From the human T2T-CHM13v2.0 reference genome, Homo sapiens, in the NCBI RefSeq assembly GCF_009914755.1, contig NC_060945.1: a stretch of 64,000 bases of DNA; one strand, 5' to 3'. Made by a program: the position numbers and the translations under genes. How positions within the stretch are numbered: the stretch's first letter is position 1; each line of letters opens with the position of its first letter. Positions 30,819 through 46,179 of this stretch are shown piece after piece. Under the pieces are notes generated by a model, which was not told the DNA's origin, ran no database searches, and was given only the letters and a program-made list of their open reading frames with translations.

Positions 30819-31633
30819 CAAGCTCTTTCAAAGTTACTTTTAGTTTTTAAAAAGTAAAACGGATAAATGTAAATGAAGATAGTTATAGTTACAGATATAG
30901 ATATAGATGTAATTTTAGCTAGAGGATCAGTTACTCTAGGTTCAGAAAAAAACAAAACAACAACAAAATAACATGAAAAAAACCCCTGCTTTTTCTATTG
31001 CATACTTTTACTCCCATGGAGTAAAAACTGATTTTTACCATTATCTCTCAATAAGATTACCCTCATATCCTTAGTCAATACAACTCCATTTTGGCAAAAT
31101 ATACATACTTATACTACCTTTCCTGATGTTTGCAGATCTTTAGAGCTACCCAAATGAATACTAGTTGTAGTTCTATATATCATTTTTGATTTTGATTACC
31201 TACCAAAACTATATCACATTCCACTTGATAAGGTAGACATAGTAGAAGATGGGCCTAACTATTTGAATGTACAGCCAACATTTGTTTGAAAATTAACTTT
31301 ACTTTGTCTAAAACACACCAAAAAATTGTGGTTCTCCAAATTTTAAGCCAAAAAGTACAGTTTAAAAGCTAATGGCCATAATTATCAATTTTTGGCCAAA
31401 ATTATCAGTTGAGTTATATGGGTTCTCTAAGTAATTCTCTGAGAATGATTAGTTTTGGAACCGATTTTTTTTTCCTGACATTAAAAAGCTCATGCTAGAA
31501 CATACTTCCATGGAATTATTAGCCATTCTATATGGAGTTTTTAGGCTTTAAAAGTGTTTATAAAACAGAATATATATATCCTCTAATCTCAAGTGTCCTT
31601 TGATTCTAATTGTTAAGAATTCTGAAGGCGTCA

Positions 31634-31944
<311 letters not shown>

Positions 31945-31949
31945 CTAAC

Positions 31950-32310
31950 TAACCTACTTTCAAACTCAGTTAGCCTGCGACACTGCTACAGTTTCATGGA
32001 AGCTGACAGAAGACATGAGATTCCTGGCTCTGGTTTTATTATTCACAGCAAAAGAAGTAACTAAAGTGAAAGCATATTCACGTCCATTCTGAGACCCAGT
32101 TCCCACAAAGAGAATGAAGTTCAGCCTAGACATTTACACACACAGTGGGCTGTGTCACAGGAAGAAACATTTATCTTAGGGAATCTGCCACTTTGCAGCA
32201 TTGGGTAAGTAAGCCTCTTTGTCAGAGAAGGAGAAGATGTTACTTCACCCTCAAGATTGCTCACTGCAAACACAACCTTGGAAGTGTCCCAGGTAGAGTG
32301 GTCAGAGACT
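31950..32310 (-). mobile_element. Probable old ERVL-type LTR fragment
   Basis: LTR-like composition (CATGAGATTCCTGG..TTTATTATTCACAGCA); family not resolved. Confidence 0.4.
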
Positions 32311-33740
32311 TACCTTTAATTCTCCAAATTAAAAGAAAAACTTATATTGTCGACTCTGCTACAAAATGTAAAGTATATAACATTATTCTAACATGAAAGT
32401 ATCTTGCTGTTTCTTCTGACACGGAGACCAGAAGTAGATGAAGACCAAATAGAAAGTAAGAGAGAGAGGTAGACTGAGAATGATCACACTTGCTATAATA
32501 AGGCAACCATTAGTGGAAATCTCTAGGGATTCTGGAGATCCATCTAAAAGGAGAACGAATACTGTCCAAGAGTGATGGCAACAATTGTGTTCTAATACTT
32601 TTTATGGAAGTATTCCAAAGTACCATGAATTATTTATTACATGCTAGCTACCTAATTATAGTTAATTCTGATGTTTCTTTTTTCAAAATCTGTATGAAAA
32701 ATATATTGATGTCAGTTTTCAGTTCTTAATATGGTGAACAAAACTAGAAGGAAAATAAAATAGTTTTTCAAAGTTGCTTATTTGGAAATCTATAGCTCAA
32801 GCTGGGATTGAGTTTAGCACTTAGAAAGATACACCTGCATTTTTGTATTATAGCACAAGAGTTGCTGTGTGGGTTGGAAGCTGGCAGAGCTGAATGCTTA
32901 GGCATGTCTACAATTAAGGGCAGTAAGCTCTTTTACTGCCTGGCTTTTTGGACACTGTGTATAATGATGCACGTTTAAGCCAATTTTCAAGTCAGGTATT
33001 CATACTTGTTTACGTGATGCTCTTCACACAGAAAACTAACAACTTTATTGCCTTTCTTCATTGACCTACTTTTTTTCCTCCCATTTATCCGCCTGAATGA
33101 ATTGAAAAACAGGTAGAAGAGGCATACATCTCTGAAAACAAAGGACTTGTGTTTCATCTTAAGTGTTATATTGTTTATAGAATGCAGACAATAATTTAAC
33201 CTCTTTCCAGTAGCACCAACCTAACTTGCCCCCAGGACATGAAACATTGAAGCACAAGATGAAATTGTATTATTGTGGAACCACTCATGACTGAATAAGC
33301 CTGCAAGCCCCTGCATTCACTCCACTGCTTTATTTTGATGCTTTGTTATGAGCTTTGAAGTGGAAAAGAAAATGAGCTCTTTGAAAAATACAAGAAACTG
33401 AATGTCATTAACCTCGTCACTTTATGAAATAAATTCCCTTCCTTCCATCCTCCTTTCCTTTCCTCATTCCTTCTTTCCTTTGTTCTTTCTTAAATGAAGG
33501 TAAAATAAAAACTTAAATGCCGGAAGAAAAACAACCTTTATTTATTAAGCCTAATAAGACGCAAATTCACATGTGTACCTCACTTAATTCTCAAGCTGAC
33601 TGTATCTGATTCATCCTTATCCTTATTTCTTAAAGCTGAGGAAAGCCAAGCTCAGAGATATTTTGTAACTTGCCAAAGTGACACAGTTTTGTGCAAACGA
33701 AGGTCATCCTAACTCCATGTAAAACATAGGACTGTATGGG

Positions 33741-34054
33741 GTCCAGACGCAGTGGCTCACGCCTGTAATCCCAGCACTTTGGAAGGCCAAGGCAGGTGGA
33801 TCATGAGGTCAGGAGATCGAGACCATCCTGGCTAACACGGTTAAACCCCGTCTCCACTGAAAATACAAAAAAAATTAGCCAGGCGTGGTGGCAGGTGCCT
33901 GTAGTCCCAGCTACTCAGGAGGCTGAGGCAGGAGAATGGCGTGAACCCCGGGAGGCAGAGCTTGTAGTGAGCCGAGATCGCGCCACTGCACTCCAGCCTG
34001 GGCGACAGAGCAAGACTCCTTCTCAAAAAACAAACAAACAAACAAACAAAAAAA
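33741..34054 (+). mobile_element. AluY with (AAAC)n tail
   Basis: GATCGAGACCATCCTGGCTAACACGG; GAATGGCGTGAACC. Confidence 0.95.
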
Positions 34055-34565
34055 CCATCGGATAGTATGATGTGATGCTAAAAATACCTAAGGAAGAAAA
34101 AGAAACAATAGTTTCTATTTAACAGGATAATTTGAATTTATCACATTTATTTTCATATCATTCTGACGGGAGTCACTGTAAGATTTCTACTCAACTCCAA
34201 CTTCTTTGTGATATAAATTTCACTTATTCTCAAATAAATTAGTTTATCGTACAGCTGCACATTTTTTTTTAAATTTTTGTTTCAACCTTTCCTGCTACTT
34301 CCTTGAAATATTCTCCCGCAGTGGAATTAAAGGGAGAAATCATTTATAAACACGCATACAAACACACACACAAAATGCCAGAAGAAAGAATGCCTTCCTT
34401 GGCATACTCTTTAACAGTTTAACTTTTTCCTGGTTAGAACATACAATTACCCGTAATTTTGGCAATTATGCATTAATATAGAAAATACATAAGGGACAAC
34501 ATAAAGATATAGGATGATTGTTTTTCTCCTCTTCCAGTGTTTCTAGGAATTATTTTTAAAAATTA

Positions 34566-35003
<438 letters not shown>

Positions 35004-36269
35004 TTATCATAAAGGATAGTTTAAATTTATTGTATTTATTTCTATGATATAGTATTGAGAAATATGCTCTTTAAAATATGTCATGTGTATGTAATTTTCA
35101 TCTAAAAATCTTGAATTAGGAAATATTTCCTGTCTGGTAGACCAAATGGAATCTTTCCAAAGTAGTATTTTGGAAAAGGAGAATATATGAAATTCAGCAA
35201 AATTTGAAGGTAAATAATATTTCCTTGTAAAAAAAAAAATTGCTGCAAGAGAAAGAAAAGGCAGTTTGCTCGTGGTCCTTTTTTAGCTGCTGGCTCATTA
35301 TTTTTCACAGCAATAATGACAATGAGAATTCAGTACAGTCCGCTTTGTGTTTGCCTTGTTTTCCCCGCCAGGAGTTTTCTGAACAGAAGTCTGATGCAGT
35401 GAGGCTTCTATACTATTATTTTTGAATAAATAGTATATTTCATTATAACCAGCCATCACTAAGGTGAATGGGACTGGAGTACTTCAATATCTGATAAGAC
35501 TACAAATATACCTCAGAACTTATAATTTTATGTTTTCAGTTCTATTAAATAAGCTGTAGAACATCCCCATTCACCTCCAATATACGTGCCTTTGATTTAT
35601 AGTTTTGAAATTACATTTCATTGCTATGTCTTAAATCAAGTATTGATTTTCTTCTTAAGTTTACCGTGCATTGAATATTCATTATATTTTTTTAGAGTAC
35701 AGCCATAGTCTTTTATGGTGATTCAAAGAGATTCTAGCAAAAGCCTTCCACGTATTGATGGTTTTTACCCATTATTAAAGACAGAGAAGTAATGTGATTT
35801 CTAATTTATTTTCATCTGAAAATCATGAAACTTTTCTTCAATTTTTCAGCACCATTTACTCATGACAGCTTTTATGAAAAGACGAGTTTATATATTCATC
35901 CATCAGAACTAGTAGTTGGAGATCACATGATCACATGTGACATTTTCAAGTACTGGGATTTTCTTTGTGCTGGTAATAAATATAGCCAAAGGCCTGTGCC
36001 CCAAACTGCCTGTGCCTCTTCTCATACGGTATGGTACTAGCATTTAATAGGATTCAGATTTATGATAAATGATAAATACATGTTTAGTTAAAATAAAGCT
36101 ACAAGTAAGCTATGCAGTGATTTCCAATAATAAAAAAAATAGTATTTATAACTGCCAAGCCTGGGAATAAATCTACTGTCTTCTGTGGGATTTTTTTCCC
36201 CAGGAAACCAGTTTAAATCCTTTTGGGTAACATTGTAAAACAATAGCCAATGTGTTTGTTATTAGTGAT

Positions 36270-37320
36270 TGACTCCCAGCTTTGAACCGACCCTTCATTA
36301 CTCAGTTCTGTAATGCTGGGGCTGGAATTCTGTAAAACCAAATATTTCTCTTCTGTCAACAGGATCTCTGCTGAGCTCTAGCAATAGGCAGCACTAGGGG
36401 GAGACAAAGATCCCCCTTGCCTCTTGTTCCTAAGAGCATTTCCCCAAAAGTTCTTCACTGGAGCAGGAGCAGTTGGCTCCAATAGCAGCAGTTTTGCTGG
36501 CATTTTCCACATTTCAAAACGAGTCTCATTTTGCCCCCTGAGAAATGATGCACCAGTTGCCCTGATCCTCCTTCTTAGACAACTTGGTCACAATCCCACT
36601 GGGGCCCCTCGAGATTCCCAAGGCATCTGTGCTAGTCAGGCAGCACACCATCCTCAGAGATCTCAGTCCCAGAATCCAGAAAATCCCTCCTTCAAGCACC
36701 TGAGGCACAGCCAAGGTGGGCAGTATGATTTTCAGGGGTGGTGGTGGGTTCCTCCAAGCTAATAAATTATAATAATCTTGGCCTATGTCTTTTTTGTTTT
36801 TGTTTTTCAGTCCATGGGGCAGATAGGTTTGGCTCTGTGTCCCCACCCAAATCTCATCTCCAATTGTAATCCCGACATGTTCAGGGAGGAACCTGGTGGG
36901 AGGTGATTGAATTAAGGGGGCAGTTTTCCCCATACTTTTCTTGAGATAGTGAGTGAGTTCTCATGAAATCTGATGATTTAAAAGTGTTTGGCAGTTCCCC
37001 CTTTGCTCTCTCTCTCTCCTGCTCCACCATGGTAAAATGTACCTTGCTTCCCCTTCACCTTCTGCCATGATTGCAAATTTCCTGAGGCCTCCCCAGCCAT
37101 GTGGAACTGTAAGTCAATTAAAATTCCCCCTTTTTATAAATTACCCAGTCTCGGCTAGTTCTTTATAGCATCATGAAAACAGACTAATACCGGGTGCTTT
37201 CTGTCTCCTTTTACTATTTCTCCTGATACCTGTTTCCTGTTTGCCTTTTCACTTCTCCAAAACCTGGTTAACAAATTTTAGATAACTAGTGAAGGTTCTT
37301 TTTCCTGATGAATACAGAAA
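36270..37320 (+). mobile_element. LTR33-like 5' LTR of a second ERVL provirus, split by THE1/MST
   Basis: ATGCTGGGGCTGGAATTCTGTAAAACCA..GCAATAGGCAGCACTAGGGGGAGAC; followed by ERVL leader AGTGGTCCTAGGAAACAGACC. Confidence 0.6.
36821..37190 (+). mobile_element. THE1/MSTA-type MaLR solo LTR
   Basis: GGTTTGGCTCTGTGTCCCCACCCAAATCTCATCT..AATTACCCAGTCTCGG..GACTAATAC. Confidence 0.9.
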
Positions 37321-37848
37321 TTCATACAGTATCAATAGTGGTCCTAGGAAACAGACCTCCAGATAGTGATTTGGGGATTGATTTATGTCTTTGGGCATGA
37401 ACATAGTGATGAGATTCTTGCCTAAGAACAATGTGGTGCGAGTAGTTTTTGGCATGTAGTGGCATCAAATTAGTCAAATTATTACCTATGGTTGATAACG
37501 ATGTATCTGGATGAACAGCTGGCTACTTCATTTGACCATTATGACAGTAACACTAACAACAAGAATTGTAGGATGACATCGATTCAATTGAATGTTTTAG
37601 AGTACAATACTTAGAATATGACAATTTCAGGTCTACAAATTTTGAGCTGAAGTCACTGTTGGAGAACCAGAGACCTTCTATGGCATCTCTAAAACAATCT
37701 TTTATTTCTTGAAGCAACACAGTCAATTTCACAGAAAAACAGACAAGTAATTTAATTGTGTTGATTGCAGCTTTACAATGTATATTGAATTATCTTGCAA
37801 AATGTCCCTTGTGAAAGTTAGGGTATGGTCAGGATAGGAACGTAACCA

Positions 37849-38226
37849 TGTGCCAGCCAAGGCTCAATCAAAGAAAAAGAACAAGTGACAAAAAAGAATT
37901 GGCTGATGTGATTATGGGGATTTGATTGCAAGTCCAAAATTCACAGGGCAGGCTGTCAGGAAGAAGAGGCCAGAACTCTTGGTTAGAAGATGCAATTCAC
38001 AGTGAAATTTCTCGTTCCTCTGGGAATCTCAGTTCTGCTCTTCAGGCCTTTTCATTGATTAAATCATGACCACCCAGGTTATCTAGGAAAGTCTTTACAG
38101 AATGTCAACTGATTATGAACTTACATAATATCTACAAAATACCTTCACATAATACCTAGATTTGTATTTGATTTTATAACTAGGAACAATATCTTAGCCA
38201 ACTAAGCACTTAAAACTCACCATCAT
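37849..38226 (-). mobile_element. MLT2(D)-like solo LTR
   Basis: GCAAGTCCAAAATTCACAGGGCAGGCTG..ATCTACAAAATACCTTCAC..CCATCA is the reverse of MLT2. Confidence 0.75.
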
Positions 38227-38598
38227 AGACTCTGAGATTGGATATGCGGATTTCTAGATTTCCACATAAAAAATGAGGACTTGAACCCTGGAGTTACCCT
38301 GAGTCTCTTTGCCAGTTAAGCACCCACCTTCCCCTGTCTGAAGACACTCCCCTCCTACTTACAAGAAAACAAACAAACAAACAAACTGTAATAAACCCAC
38401 CTGAGGCAGTTGCCTTGTAAGGGCATACCTATTTTTCTCAAGATACATCCTAAGCACCCCTTATTACTTGTAGATCATCAACTGTGGTCAGCTGTGATCA
38501 TGTTCCAGGGGAAGTCTAACCCTAAAGGAAATAGTTTATACTCCACAAGAATCATAAGACTTTTTCTAATTTATCTTATCAGAAATTTGGGAATTATG

Positions 38599-39108
38599 TG
38601 TGAAAGAAAATAGAACTTCTGGTCCCCAAATTTACCATGCCAAAGGGAAAGTTCAGCTTGGGAAATGAATTATGCAAAAACTGCTTTCCTTTTTTTTTCC
38701 CAAATAGTTAGTTGTAATTTCACAATTCTGTGTCATAGCCTCATTTTCTCTACTCTCTGTTTTTACATGTTACTTTATCTTATGTAAAATGTAGATTTAC
38801 TGAACACAGGACAATGTATAATTGACTTTCCTCAACTGTCTCATTTTACACGTAAAATGTAGAGCCACTGAAGCTAATCAGAGCCTCACAGGAATGTGAG
38901 CATCTGCCATACTGCCTCCTTTTCCTCCTTTGTTTTCTTCCTTCTTCCTCTTTCCCCTTTAATGACTGAAGTTCCCAAAAACTCCATTTGAAAAAAAGCA
39001 CAGGTCACAGATGCTCCTGTGATTTGTATTTTTCCCAGGTGCACCCTCAACCTTAGTTAAATAAACCTCTGTAGATTGAGATCTGCCTCAATCATTTTTT
39101 GGTTTACA
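38599..39108 (+). mobile_element. MER4-group ERV1 solo LTR
   Basis: TGTGAAAGAAAA..CCCCAAA..GCCAAAGGGAAAG start; AATAAACCTCT; ..TTTACA end; TSD TATG. Confidence 0.85.
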
Positions 39109-39599
39109 TATGTGTGTGAATGGACTCTGGAAGTGTTTGATTCAGAAAGATAGAATTTATCATTTGCTGGATTGAGATGGATATATTGATATGGGTATAC
39201 AGCAAAAATTCTAAATGTGGCATATTGGCTCAGGAAGTTTGATGTGCACCTGTCAATTTACTTGGTTGTTTGACTGAAACTTGGATGCAGTTTCACCTAC
39301 ATTCAGTAGGTCTCAGACACTAGATCTTTCCTGGGATAAGGTAGAAACAGGAATACAATGACTTTCTAAAATAGAAATATTAGAGTGAATTTATCACACT
39401 TAGTTTATATAACACCAACCCTCCTTCCTCCCACCCCACCAACTCTATCCACTGATAAGACACTTTTTCTCAGTACTGTGTTAAGTAACACATTAATGAG
39501 GGCAGCACTAGCATCTTTGAACAGCTTTGCGGTGGATTTCTTCTTTAGCCTAGGTATGAAAGTGGGAGGTGCTGCCATTGAAATAGGCTCTCTGGTTTC

Positions 39600-40058
39600 A
39601 GAGGTGGTTCCAGAGGAGGCTACCACTCAAATCTCACTTCAAAAGAAAATCTATTTGAGGAGTGTGGTTAGTCTCCACTTCCACACTTTGGGAATCCACT
39701 GCAGATTTCACACCAAGGACACAATCTTTGCACTTTCTTCCCAGCCAATGACAAAGCAAAGTGCTCTGATATTAGAAAGTAGCTATTTCTGCATTATGTG
39801 GAACTCCTCTAATGAGTAATCTTTTCACTGGCTCTACCCATTACCCTGGCCAAATTTTCTCAGAGCTGCTAAAAATATAGTCTAGGGCTCTACTTACTAA
39901 TTCTTGTTCCTTCTACCTATCCTACCGCAGAGTCTGAAAGCTATCTCTGCCTACTCTGGCTACCTGATTCTTCATGTTTCACAGGTGTTTTCCTCAACAA
40001 ATCTCTAGCACTCTAATTATATGTTGGCTTCTACTTCCTAAAGACTTAAACTGATGCA
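39600..40058 (+). mobile_element. LTR16-like solo LTR inside ERVL gag
   Basis: CAGCCAATGAC, GGAACTCCTCTAATG, CACAGGTGTTTTCC.CAA.AAATCTCT.GCAC motifs. Confidence 0.6.
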
Positions 40059-41261
40059 TATAGGGGGAAAAATGATCCCAGATTGGCAGAGGGTAGTAGC
40101 AGTGCTTCCCTAGCAGAGACCTTGCAGGATGATTTATCATAATAGGCATCACAAATAAAGCAACGATGACAGAGATTGGTGGTAGTTAATTGGTTACAAT
40201 ATTCCTCAGAATTCAATGCACAGGCAATCTACTAACATAGTAATGGGAAACCTCGAATTTGAGTGAGTGTTCAAAATCTTGACTTCAGACAAGCTCAATG
40301 GTTACTCACTGTCTTTCACCAAGTTTTCAGATCTAAGCCACTTCATAGCCCTGCAGCCCTTTGGCTACAGAGGAGGCCAGGTTATATTAAATAAACTTCC
40401 TGAAAGAGATTAATAAGCATATGTCATAAATTTTCTTTCAATCCTCTACTGAAATATCCTAGGATCATTTACTGTTGTGATTATTCACTGAGGCAAGGAA
40501 AAAACCTACATTTTTCAAGGATTTCTAGAAAGTTTGTCTGGATGAATGAACATTTCTGGGGATGCTAAGACTGTGGTGGTACATTAGTCAAAGTAGGCAT
40601 TTATGGCGGCCAGATGATAAATCAAATTTAGGACCAAGATTGAACAACCATAGGTCTCTTAAGTCTGAGAATACATTTTATGTTTATTTCTCTAATTCCT
40701 GAGTGTACAATTAGAATAGATTTACTCAGCAATATGCAGAATTTCTAAATAATTTTCTTACCTGTAGTGATAGAATGAGCCAATGGAAATTCTGGGAACT
40801 TCCGTTCCCTACCAAGATAGTGTGTCAAAAGTGATGATGTATTTGGAGAGAAAAGCAGAGATTCGTTCACCATCAAAGACTTAAAAGATGAAAAGATAGT
40901 GATGCCGATAATATTCCCATTTAATTCACCGGTTTGATACAGATATATTAAAAGTGTTTGTTATCACAAGACAAAATTACCACTCAGTCCAGCTTTATAA
41001 ACCACTGCCATAAATAATTCATTCAAAGAAACAAATTATAGTTGAAAATGTCTGAGAAAAATGTTGCTTTCCTTTCATAGAGCAATGGTCATAAACTAAC
41101 AATAAGTTATAACTAATAAATTGCCAAATACCAAGGTAAAAAGAAAACAACAAAAATTTTCAATGATTTAAGAACCAAAAGTAATCCCTTTATAATATTT
41201 GACCACTCCCACAATTTAGTACAACTTTTGGGGGTATAATAGGAAATACTATCAAAAGTCT

Positions 41262-42507
<1,246 letters not shown>

Positions 42508-42638
42508 GTCTTAATATGATTTTACAGAGAAATACCACTGTGAAAATTTATTTAAAACTATCATCAGAGTTTCACCTGGAAACAGTTGGTTCAACGAAGG
42601 TATTCAAATGGTATTTATAAAAGCAAGAAACTTGAAAC

Positions 42639-43237
42639 TGTGAACCCAAAATATCTGAGACAGGTCTCAGTCAATTTAGAAAGTTTATTTTGCCAAGGTT
42701 AAAAGTGCGTCTGTGACATAGCCTCAGGAAGTCCTGATGAAATGTGTCCAAGGTGGTTGGGGTACACATTTTAGGGAAACATGAAAAATCAATCAATATG
42801 TGTAAGATGTACATTGGTTGGTTCAGTAAGTTGGGACAACTCGAAGTTGGCGCTTCCAGATTAGAAGTAGATAAGAGACAAAAGGTTGCATTCTTTTGAG
42901 TCCTTGATTAGCCTTCCACTGAAGACACAATTTAGTCTGGCTCACTGAATCTAAACTTGTACATAAACAATAGGGCAGAGGAAGCAAGCAGATATGCATT
43001 TGTTTCAGGTGAGCCTCAGAGGGCTGACTGAGTTCTGTCTGTCCTTTGTCCACAAGGAGATTCCCTGTGGGCAAATTGTGACAAAGGTATGTACCTTCTT
43101 ATCTTTGTAGCTATCTTATTTACAAGTAAACTGGTAAGCAGGTTTGACTAACCTGCTTAACCTCCCAGGTTAACTCCCAGGTTAACTTTTATCTTGCATC
43201 AGTGATTTTGGAGTCCCAAGACTTATTTTCTTTCACA
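42639..43237 (-). mobile_element. MER4A-like solo LTR
   Basis: TGTGAACCCAAAATATCTGAGACAGGTCTCAGTCAATTTAGAAAGTTTATTTTGCCAAGG..TTTCACA; TSD AAAC. Confidence 0.88.
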
Positions 43238-43589
43238 AAACAATATAAATGTTCAAAAATAAGATATTGGCCATTTCTATATAACTATAGGTCAACTAAT
43301 GGCCAAATTATTTTAAAAATGCTTAGATAAGTGAGAAAATATTCACGATATTCTATTAAGTGAAAAACATGCAGCAAACCAAGTATATGTGACATATATG
43401 TGTATGGGGGAGTAACATAAGTTTTGACTGCAAAAGTTTCCTGCGTTGCTTTGTTGCCTTTTATTTGTATGTCGGTATGATTTCTCTATATGTATTTATA
43501 TTTTTATATAATATGAGAGAGAGATATAAAGACAAAGCAGAATCTCTTCAATGGTTGCCTGAGAGGAATTGGGTAGATATTTGTAAACT

Positions 43590-43792
43590 ATATCATGGTG
43601 GGCAAATTTTTTCCTAAGGGGCATGATAATAAATAGTTTAGGCTTTATTGGACAAATGGCAAAATCTAACATATTATGTAAGTATTTATATAATCATTTA
43701 ATATAAAACTATTGTCAAATATAAAAGACATTCTCAGGTCACAGGTAGTACAATATCTGGAGACTTGCTGAGGGTAGTTTATCATACCTGTT
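43590..43792. mobile_element. hAT-Charlie MITE (MER3/MER33/MER58-like)
   Basis: GGGCAAATTTTTTC.TAAGGG..ATAATAAATA.TTTAGGCTTT. Confidence 0.55.
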
Positions 43793-44372
43793 CTACAACA
43801 GAAAAGTAAAGTTAATACAAAAATTTATTGTTTACAACAGCATAATTAAGTGAGCAAATTATGTACAATTTGACATTATTTATTATATTTTATTATCCAA
43901 ATATATTTTCATTGGTTTCTATAATTTTTGCTTTGTTCATTTCAAAATTCCTAGAACTTAACATAGTATTATGTGCATAGAAAGTTCTCAATAAATTGAG
44001 TGAGTCAATTAATCAATTAGTCAGTGATAAAATAGGACTCTCAGTTCTCCTCTCTTTGAACTGTCACAGGTATAGCTTTTTTTGGTTGCAAAAGTACCAC
44101 CACTTCACAAATAACCACTTCCTAACAAAAAAAAAATACACAGAAAAAGCATCTGTGGATGCCCAAATATCACAAATTTGATGTTTCACATTATTAAAAA
44201 CTACACAAAAATGCATTTTCTGTGGGTAAAATCTACACTCAAAATTATTTCTTGGGAAAAGAGTACACTTCAGTCAGATGAACAAAAATGCTTGGAATAT
44301 ATTGAATTCAAAGGTTTCTGCCCTTTTAGTGGCCTTTACTTAAAATAAATATTTCCAATTTATTAAAAAATA

Positions 44373-44404
44373 AATCTAAGGTCATACAAATATGACCTTA
44401 GATT
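44373..44404. repeat. Perfect inverted repeat, 14-bp arms and 4-nt loop
   Basis: AATCTAAGGTCATA-CAAA-TATGACCTTAGATT. Confidence 0.95.
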
Positions 44405-44708
44405 GTAATTTGAAAAATGTGTCCCATGGCAATGTGTTCATAAATATAAAAGCTATAAATTCTATTAAACAAACATCATGTAATGAAATACATCTTTTGA
44501 AGTAACATACATATACAAAAATACACACACATGCTTTTTTCTGAGCTATTTAAAAAGTATAAAGATTCTATGTAATTCTACCAAAATAACATAAAAGATA
44601 AATTATAAAGATAAATATAATATAAATATTTAATCTGAAAATTTAACTATTATTCTCAGGGTTTCTTTTCAATAAATTTTTAAAATAATAGTTTCCTATT
44701 TATAACCC

Positions 44709-45082
44709 TTCTATAGTTTGAATGTGTCCCCCAGTAAGAATAGTTTGAAAGCTTAATCCCCAATATAACAGCGTTAGGAGGTGGGGCCATGAGGTGATTA
44801 GTCCATGAGGGCTCCATTCTCACTAATAGATTAATGCCTTTATGGGGGAGTGGATTCGTGGTAAAAGCGAGAGTTTGGTCCCTCTTTCCCCACCTCCCTC
44901 TTTCCTTCTCTTTCATTTCTTCCTTCTGCCACAGGATAATGCAGTTTAAAGGGCTTCACCACATGCTGTCGCCTTGATCTTGGACTTCCCAGCCTCCAGA
45001 AACAGGTGCCAGTAAATATCTCTTCATCGTAAATTATCCAATCTGTGGTATTCTGTTATAGCTGTTCAAACAGTCCAAGACA
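44709..45082 (+). mobile_element. MST(C/D)-like MaLR solo LTR
   Basis: CTATAGTTTGAATGTGTCCCCC..GGACTTCCCAGCCTCCAGAA..AAGACA; 5-bp TSD AACCC. Confidence 0.85.
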
Positions 45083-45859
45083 AACCCCATTCATTTCAAA
45101 GCACCTAGAAAAACTTTCTAGTAAATTAATTCATAAATCTATAATTTTATATACTATCTTCAAGAATAAAACCAAACATCAATAAGGTTTCTAGAAAAAC
45201 AGAAAATAATTTGCCCTAGTTATGTTTGATTTATTGTACCAGTTGCTATCCATATAAAGTTTAACCTCCTTATGAAAATGAAAATTCTCAACTGTAGTCA
45301 TGGAATCTTCACCACTGACACACAATTTAAGCTGTGAAGCTTTGTATAATAAGAAAAGGCCCTAGAGATGAAATTCACATAATACTTCAAGTTATTTCAG
45401 AAGACTTATGTTTTACCAAAGGGAGAAAAACAAGGCCAAAAAATAATCCTTAATAGTAGTTGAAGTAAATTACTACAGTGCAAAAGAGAACACTTTTGGT
45501 GCTTGATTCTGACTCTAATGCCCACAGGGATTTCCAAGAACGGGGAAGAAAATTATGTTGAGAAAAGGAATTTTCCTTTTCAAAGGAAATTCTTTGACAA
45601 ATTCCATGAGCAAAGAAGAAAAAAATAACAGTTGGAGCACGGTCTTTATTATGTCACTATACCCTAATCATTATTCCTTCAATCTGTTCTTTTCTTTTTT
45701 TTCCTACTATTCATGGCCTAGTAACCCCAGTTTCTTTTAAAAACAGAAGTTGAATTCTTACCAGTTCCACAAGAAGAAGGTATTCAAATAAGAGAACTGT
45801 AGTCTGCAAAACCAACAATAAATATCTGAAATCAAGGAACTCGCACTCTGGTAAATACT

Positions 45860-46179
45860 TTGTTGTTGTTGTTGTTGTTGTTGTTTTGATTTTTGAGATG
45901 GAGTCTCCCTCTGTCGCCCAGGCTGGAGTGCAGTGAAGCGGGCTCAGCTCACTGAAAGCTCTGCCTCCGGGGTTCACACTGTTCTCCTGGCTCAGCCTCC
46001 CGAGTAGCTGGGACTACAGGCGCCCGCCACCACACTCGGCTAATTTTTTTGTATTTTTTTTAGTGGACACGGGGTTTCACCGTGTTAGCCAGGATGGTCT
46101 TGATCTCCTGACTTTGTGATCCACCCGCCTCGGCCCCCCAAAGTGCTGGGATTACAGGCGTGAGCCACCGCGCCCGGCC
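45860..46179 (-). mobile_element. AluY with (TTG)n tail microsatellite
   Basis: TSD GTAAATAC. Confidence 0.95.

Larger units (their letters stand above)
37321..40937 (+). mobile_element. ERVL internal region: gag, protease and start of RT, degenerate and interrupted by three LTRs
   Basis: EWTLEVFD..IDMG gag-like at ~39118-39200; FQGFLE..SGDAK..VKVGIYGGQ protease-like at ~40510-40615; TIKDLKD..IVMPIIFPFNSPV at ~40867-40935. Confidence 0.8.

Noticed and set aside
30482-30955. Hydrophobic F/S/L/P-rich 157-aa ORF resembling a membrane protein
   Set aside because: Translation of the CT-rich strand of the purine tandem repeat.
39385-39819. 144-aa ORF
   Set aside because: Spans degenerate ERVL gag and runs into an inserted LTR16-like element; a chance open frame.
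40860-40937. Second ERVL ends at the same RT position where the first ERVL begins at base 1, suggesting one split provirus
   Set aside because: The window start is arbitrary, the overlapping sequences differ, the order is wrong and the LTR types differ.
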